From Spirochaetia bacterium (GTDB taxonomy: Bacteria; Spirochaetota; Spirochaetia; DSM-2461): a DNA stretch of 64,000 bases. Of this stretch, positions 61,262 to 64,000 are shown in pieces (the first letter of the stretch is position 1; each line of letters starts with the position of its first letter). The stretch is taken from positions 544,001 to 608,000 of the forward strand of contig CAXXIA010000001.1 of assembly GCA_963666985.2 (NCBI GenBank), written 5' to 3'. The notes beneath the pieces are model-generated. The model was not told where the DNA came from and ran no database searches. It saw only the letters and a program-made list of their open reading frames with translations. A program made the position numbers and the translations under genes.

Positions 61262-61840
61262 CTAAATGATTCCTTTTGTCGACATCGCGGATTCACCGCC
61301 TTCAACGGGTACGAACGCTTGGGAGAGGGCGCGTCCTACGGCCTTAAACAGAGCTTCGGCCGCATGATGACCGTTATCGGAGTAGCGGACGCTCAAGTGC
61401 AGATTCATTTTTCCCGAAACGGCCAGAGCCCAGAAAAAATCCTTGAGTAGGAATAAATCGAAATCGCCGGCTTTAGGCTGAGCCCAGTCGACATTCCAAA
61501 CAAGGTAGGGCCGTCCGCAGATATCCGCGACGGCTTCAGCCAAAGAATCGTCCATGGGGATAACGGCGTGCCCGTAGCGGCGAATCCCGCCCGATTCGCG
61601 GCGGATTCGATCCAGCGCGTCGCCGAAAACAAGTCCGGAATCTTCAACCAAGTGATGCGGATCGACGTCGATGTCGCCTTTCGCGTCGACCTTCAGAGAA
61701 AAGCCGCCGTGAAAAGCCATGGCGTGGAGCATGTGGTCGAAGAAGGGAAGTCCGGTGGAAAAGGAGGAAGGACCGGATACGCTCATATCCAGCTTCACGC
61801 CTATATCGGTTTCTTTTGTTGTTCTGCGTAATTCGATCAT
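61262..61840 (-). CDS. hisB: Imidazoleglycerol-phosphate dehydratase
   Basis: RTTKETDI, FFDHML, DPHHLVED, PMDD, NGHHAAEALFK. Confidence 0.96.
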   Translation of the reverse strand: MIELRRTTKETDIGVKLDMSVSGPSSFSTGLPFFDHMLHAMAFHGGFSLKVDAKGDIDVDPHHLVEDSGLVFGDALDRIRRESGGIRRYGHAVIPMDDSLAEAVADICGRPYLVWNVDWAQPKAGDFDLFLLKDFFWALAVSGKMNLHLSVRYSDNGHHAAEALFKAVGRALSQAFVPVEGGESAMSTKGII

Positions 61841-62463
61841 CGGATATCCTTGGATATAATATCGGCCAATTCACCGATCTCTCGGTAGCGAAGTTTGAAA
61901 TAAGCGGTATTGGCGATGAGCCTGACCTTGATGTCGCTCATATGGGTAACAACTTCCAGACCGTTAGCTTTCAGAGTACTTCCTGTTTCGACAAGATCCA
62001 CAATATAAGGCGCCAGTCCCAGGGCCGGTGCGAGTTCGACGCTTCCGGCGAGTTTGATGATTTTCACGGGAATGCCGCGTTTATGAAACCACTCCCTGGC
62101 CATGCGGACGTAGCTGGTGGCGATGGTAACAGGTCCTCCGATTTTTTCGGGCGGAGGCGAACCTTCGGGAGCGGCGACGCAGAGACGGGTGCCTCCGAAA
62201 GGAAGCGACATGATGCGGGTAAACGAGAGACCGGATTCCGCCACGGTATCGTCACCGCAGATGCCGAGGCCGGCGATGCCGTGATGAACATAGGCCGGCA
62301 AATCGTGGTTTTTCACTTTATACACTTCGATTCGGCCGGTGCTGTCGAGCGCGGAGAGCTGCCTGCTGCCGAATGCGATATCCATGCCCCTGGAGGCCAG
62401 GTGGGTCATGACATCATCGAAAAGCCGTCCTTTCGGAATCGCGATCGTAAGAGGGCCGTTCAT
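61837..62463 (-). CDS. hisG: ATP phosphoribosyltransferase, short form
   Basis: IAIPKGRL, GSVELAP, IVDLVETGSTLKANGL. Confidence 0.95.
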   Translation of the reverse strand: MNGPLTIAIPKGRLFDDVMTHLASRGMDIAFGSRQLSALDSTGRIEVYKVKNHDLPAYVHHGIAGLGICGDDTVAESGLSFTRIMSLPFGGTRLCVAAPEGSPPPEKIGGPVTIATSYVRMAREWFHKRGIPVKIIKLAGSVELAPALGLAPYIVDLVETGSTLKANGLEVVTHMSDIKVRLIANTAYFKLRYREIGELADIISKDIR

Positions 62464-63569
62464 TTTGTCGTTCCTTCCGTCAAGACGACGCGCTGTCCCG
62501 AGCGGCGCCGCGTAACCGCGTTGGAATAGCGGGATTGGAAATCATCGCCTGCGGCCGCGGTTATCGGATCGCTGAGAACGGCTTGTGCGGCGAATCCGCT
62601 TAAAGGTTCGATTTTTCTCATGAGAAGGCAGAATCCGGCGGCCGGGATTTTAGGACCGAACGCTCCTAAGAGGTCGTCGTAGCGCCCGCCCGAGGCGACG
62701 GCCGCATTGGCGCCTTCAACGAAGGCTCTGACCGTGAAGCCCGTGTAATAGGGCTGTCCGCCGTGTTCCGAAAGGTCAATAAGTATTTTTTCTTCGGATG
62801 CCGCTCGGGAAAAGTCCGAGGCGAGGGCATTGAGTTCTTTAAGGGCTTTCCCGATTGAATCATCAAGTCCTCGGGATAAATCGGGAACGGCCGATGAGAA
62901 TTCTTCCGGAGTTCCCAAAAACAGCAGAAGGTCCGCCAGGCGTTCGGCATCGGGGATGGAGGCATCGGAAAGAAGCCGGCGCATTCCGTCTCTATCGCGG
63001 ATTTCAAGGAGTCTTCCGGCCGCAAAAGCGTCGGCGCGCCCGTCAAGAACACAATCCAGGACGGCCCGGGAGCCGATATGCAGTCTCCATGTCGGAAGCC
63101 TCATGGCTTCAAGCAGATCATGGAGCATCATCAAAATTTCAAGATCGGCGTCCCTTCCTTCAAGACCGAGCAATTCGGCTCCGGACTGGAAAAACTCGTC
63201 GCTGGAAATGTCTTCTTCTTCCTGGTGCCTGAGGATACTGTCGGCATACCAAACCCTTCTGGGCGGCGAATCTTCTTTCATGGTCAAGCCCATCTGTTTG
63301 GCGAGAAAAAGTGTAATGTCGGAACGGAGTATCAGCAGCTCTCCGTCTCTGTCGGGGAAGCGGTAGGTTCTTTCTTCCTGTTCCCGGTTAATCAGGGAAC
63401 GATACGTCTCATAATAGTCAAAAACCGGAGTTAAGACCGGAAGGTATCCCCAAGAGGTGAAATGGTCTTCGGTTAAGCGCAGAAGCTGTCTGTGGCGGTA
63501 GGCCTCTTCGTGAAAAAAGCCCTCCGTACCCTGCGGGGTTTTAAGCCGCCGTCTGTCGTTGGATTCCAT
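62460..63569 (-). CDS. hisZ: ATP phosphoribosyltransferase regulatory subunit
   Basis: HisRS-like LRSDIT, EFFQSGAEL, YYTG, GGRYDDL, no anticodon domain; adjacent to short hisG. Confidence 0.92.
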   Translation of the reverse strand: MESNDRRRLKTPQGTEGFFHEEAYRHRQLLRLTEDHFTSWGYLPVLTPVFDYYETYRSLINREQEERTYRFPDRDGELLILRSDITLFLAKQMGLTMKEDSPPRRVWYADSILRHQEEEDISSDEFFQSGAELLGLEGRDADLEILMMLHDLLEAMRLPTWRLHIGSRAVLDCVLDGRADAFAAGRLLEIRDRDGMRRLLSDASIPDAERLADLLLFLGTPEEFSSAVPDLSRGLDDSIGKALKELNALASDFSRAASEEKILIDLSEHGGQPYYTGFTVRAFVEGANAAVASGGRYDDLLGAFGPKIPAAGFCLLMRKIEPLSGFAAQAVLSDPITAAAGDDFQSRYSNAVTRRRSGQRVVLTEGTTK

Positions 63570-63576
63570 GACGCCC

Positions 63577-63605
63577 ATTATGCCCGCCCTCGGAAAAGGG
63601 GTCTA
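63577..63605 (-). promoter_or_regulatory. Candidate promoter, leaderless hisZ
   Basis: TAGACC-17-CATAAT, ATG 7 nt later, no SD. Confidence 0.5.
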
Positions 63606-63703
63606 GGAGTCCGGGGTTTTGTAAAAAACAAGAAGGAGGCGCGCCTTGCTCCCTCTCCCCGAGGATTCCCGCAGGCCCTGTCGGATGCCATCGCCATCAT
63701 CAT

Positions 63704-64000
63704 TTATTGAGCGGCCGCCCAGGCCAGAACACCATTGGCGATCATCCCGGCATCCTGTTCCCTTAATTCCGCCGAACGCAGAGCCCAGGCATTCCGGGCA
63801 TAGTAAACATTGCGCGTTTCAACGAGGACTGCGGCATCGGCGGGATTTGAACGGAGAACGCGAATGTGCTGTCTTTTGATGAAAGAGCCGCTTCTCATAT
63901 GAGACGCCAGAGCCGAGGCCAGAGCCTGTGAACGTTCGGCTTCTTCATCGGTTTCGCCGTCGAACAGCACCGCCGTTCCCGCCGGCAGGTCCGGAGAATT
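63704..64000 (-). CDS. Partial CDS, probable N-acetylmuramoyl-L-alanine amidase (Amidase_3) C-terminus
   Basis: Open to the window edge; S..LA..LA, VLR....AAVLVE, L.S...R...A.MIANGV pattern. Confidence 0.55.
   Translation of the reverse strand, partial: NSPDLPAGTAVLFDGETDEEAERSQALASALASHMRSGSFIKRQHIRVLRSNPADAAVLVETRNVYYARNAWALRSAELREQDAGMIANGVLAWAAAQ

Noticed and set aside
62460..63569. Second hisS copy
   Set aside because: It is HisZ, the expected partner of short HisG
1..64000. CRISPR array, rRNA, prophage, integron or defence system
   Set aside because: No regularly spaced repeats, cas, integrase, phage or defence genes were recognised

Overview
Chromosomal window from a bacterium that is most likely a spirochaete (inferred from a FliG1-type paralogue, short AlaS, short HrpA and a DUF6675-like protein). 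Left end: tRNA-Cys, two hypothetical genes, a cysteine desulfurase and a GlpA/LhgO-like three-gene oxidoreductase. About 6.5-37 kb is a large mosaic, partly AT-rich surface-glycan region. It holds a UbiA-GtrA-SDR lipid-linked pentose module, cysD/cysNC plus a sulfotransferase, an IS3 remnant nested in an IS30 remnant, about ten glycosyltransferases, two head-to-head TupA-like ATP-grasp ligases, and a minus-strand operon (frameshifted POTRA/beta-barrel gene, wecA, ABC flippase, epimerases, Wzi-like protein). The right half is housekeeping: aroB, hrpA, hisS, pcnB, ugd, rnfCDGEAB, a GH57 protein that appears to lack its nucleophile, fliG, alaS, hisZGB. Two copies of a small MITE-like element lie between convergent genes, and many genes look leaderless. 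All calls come from motif recognition by eye; no database searches were run.
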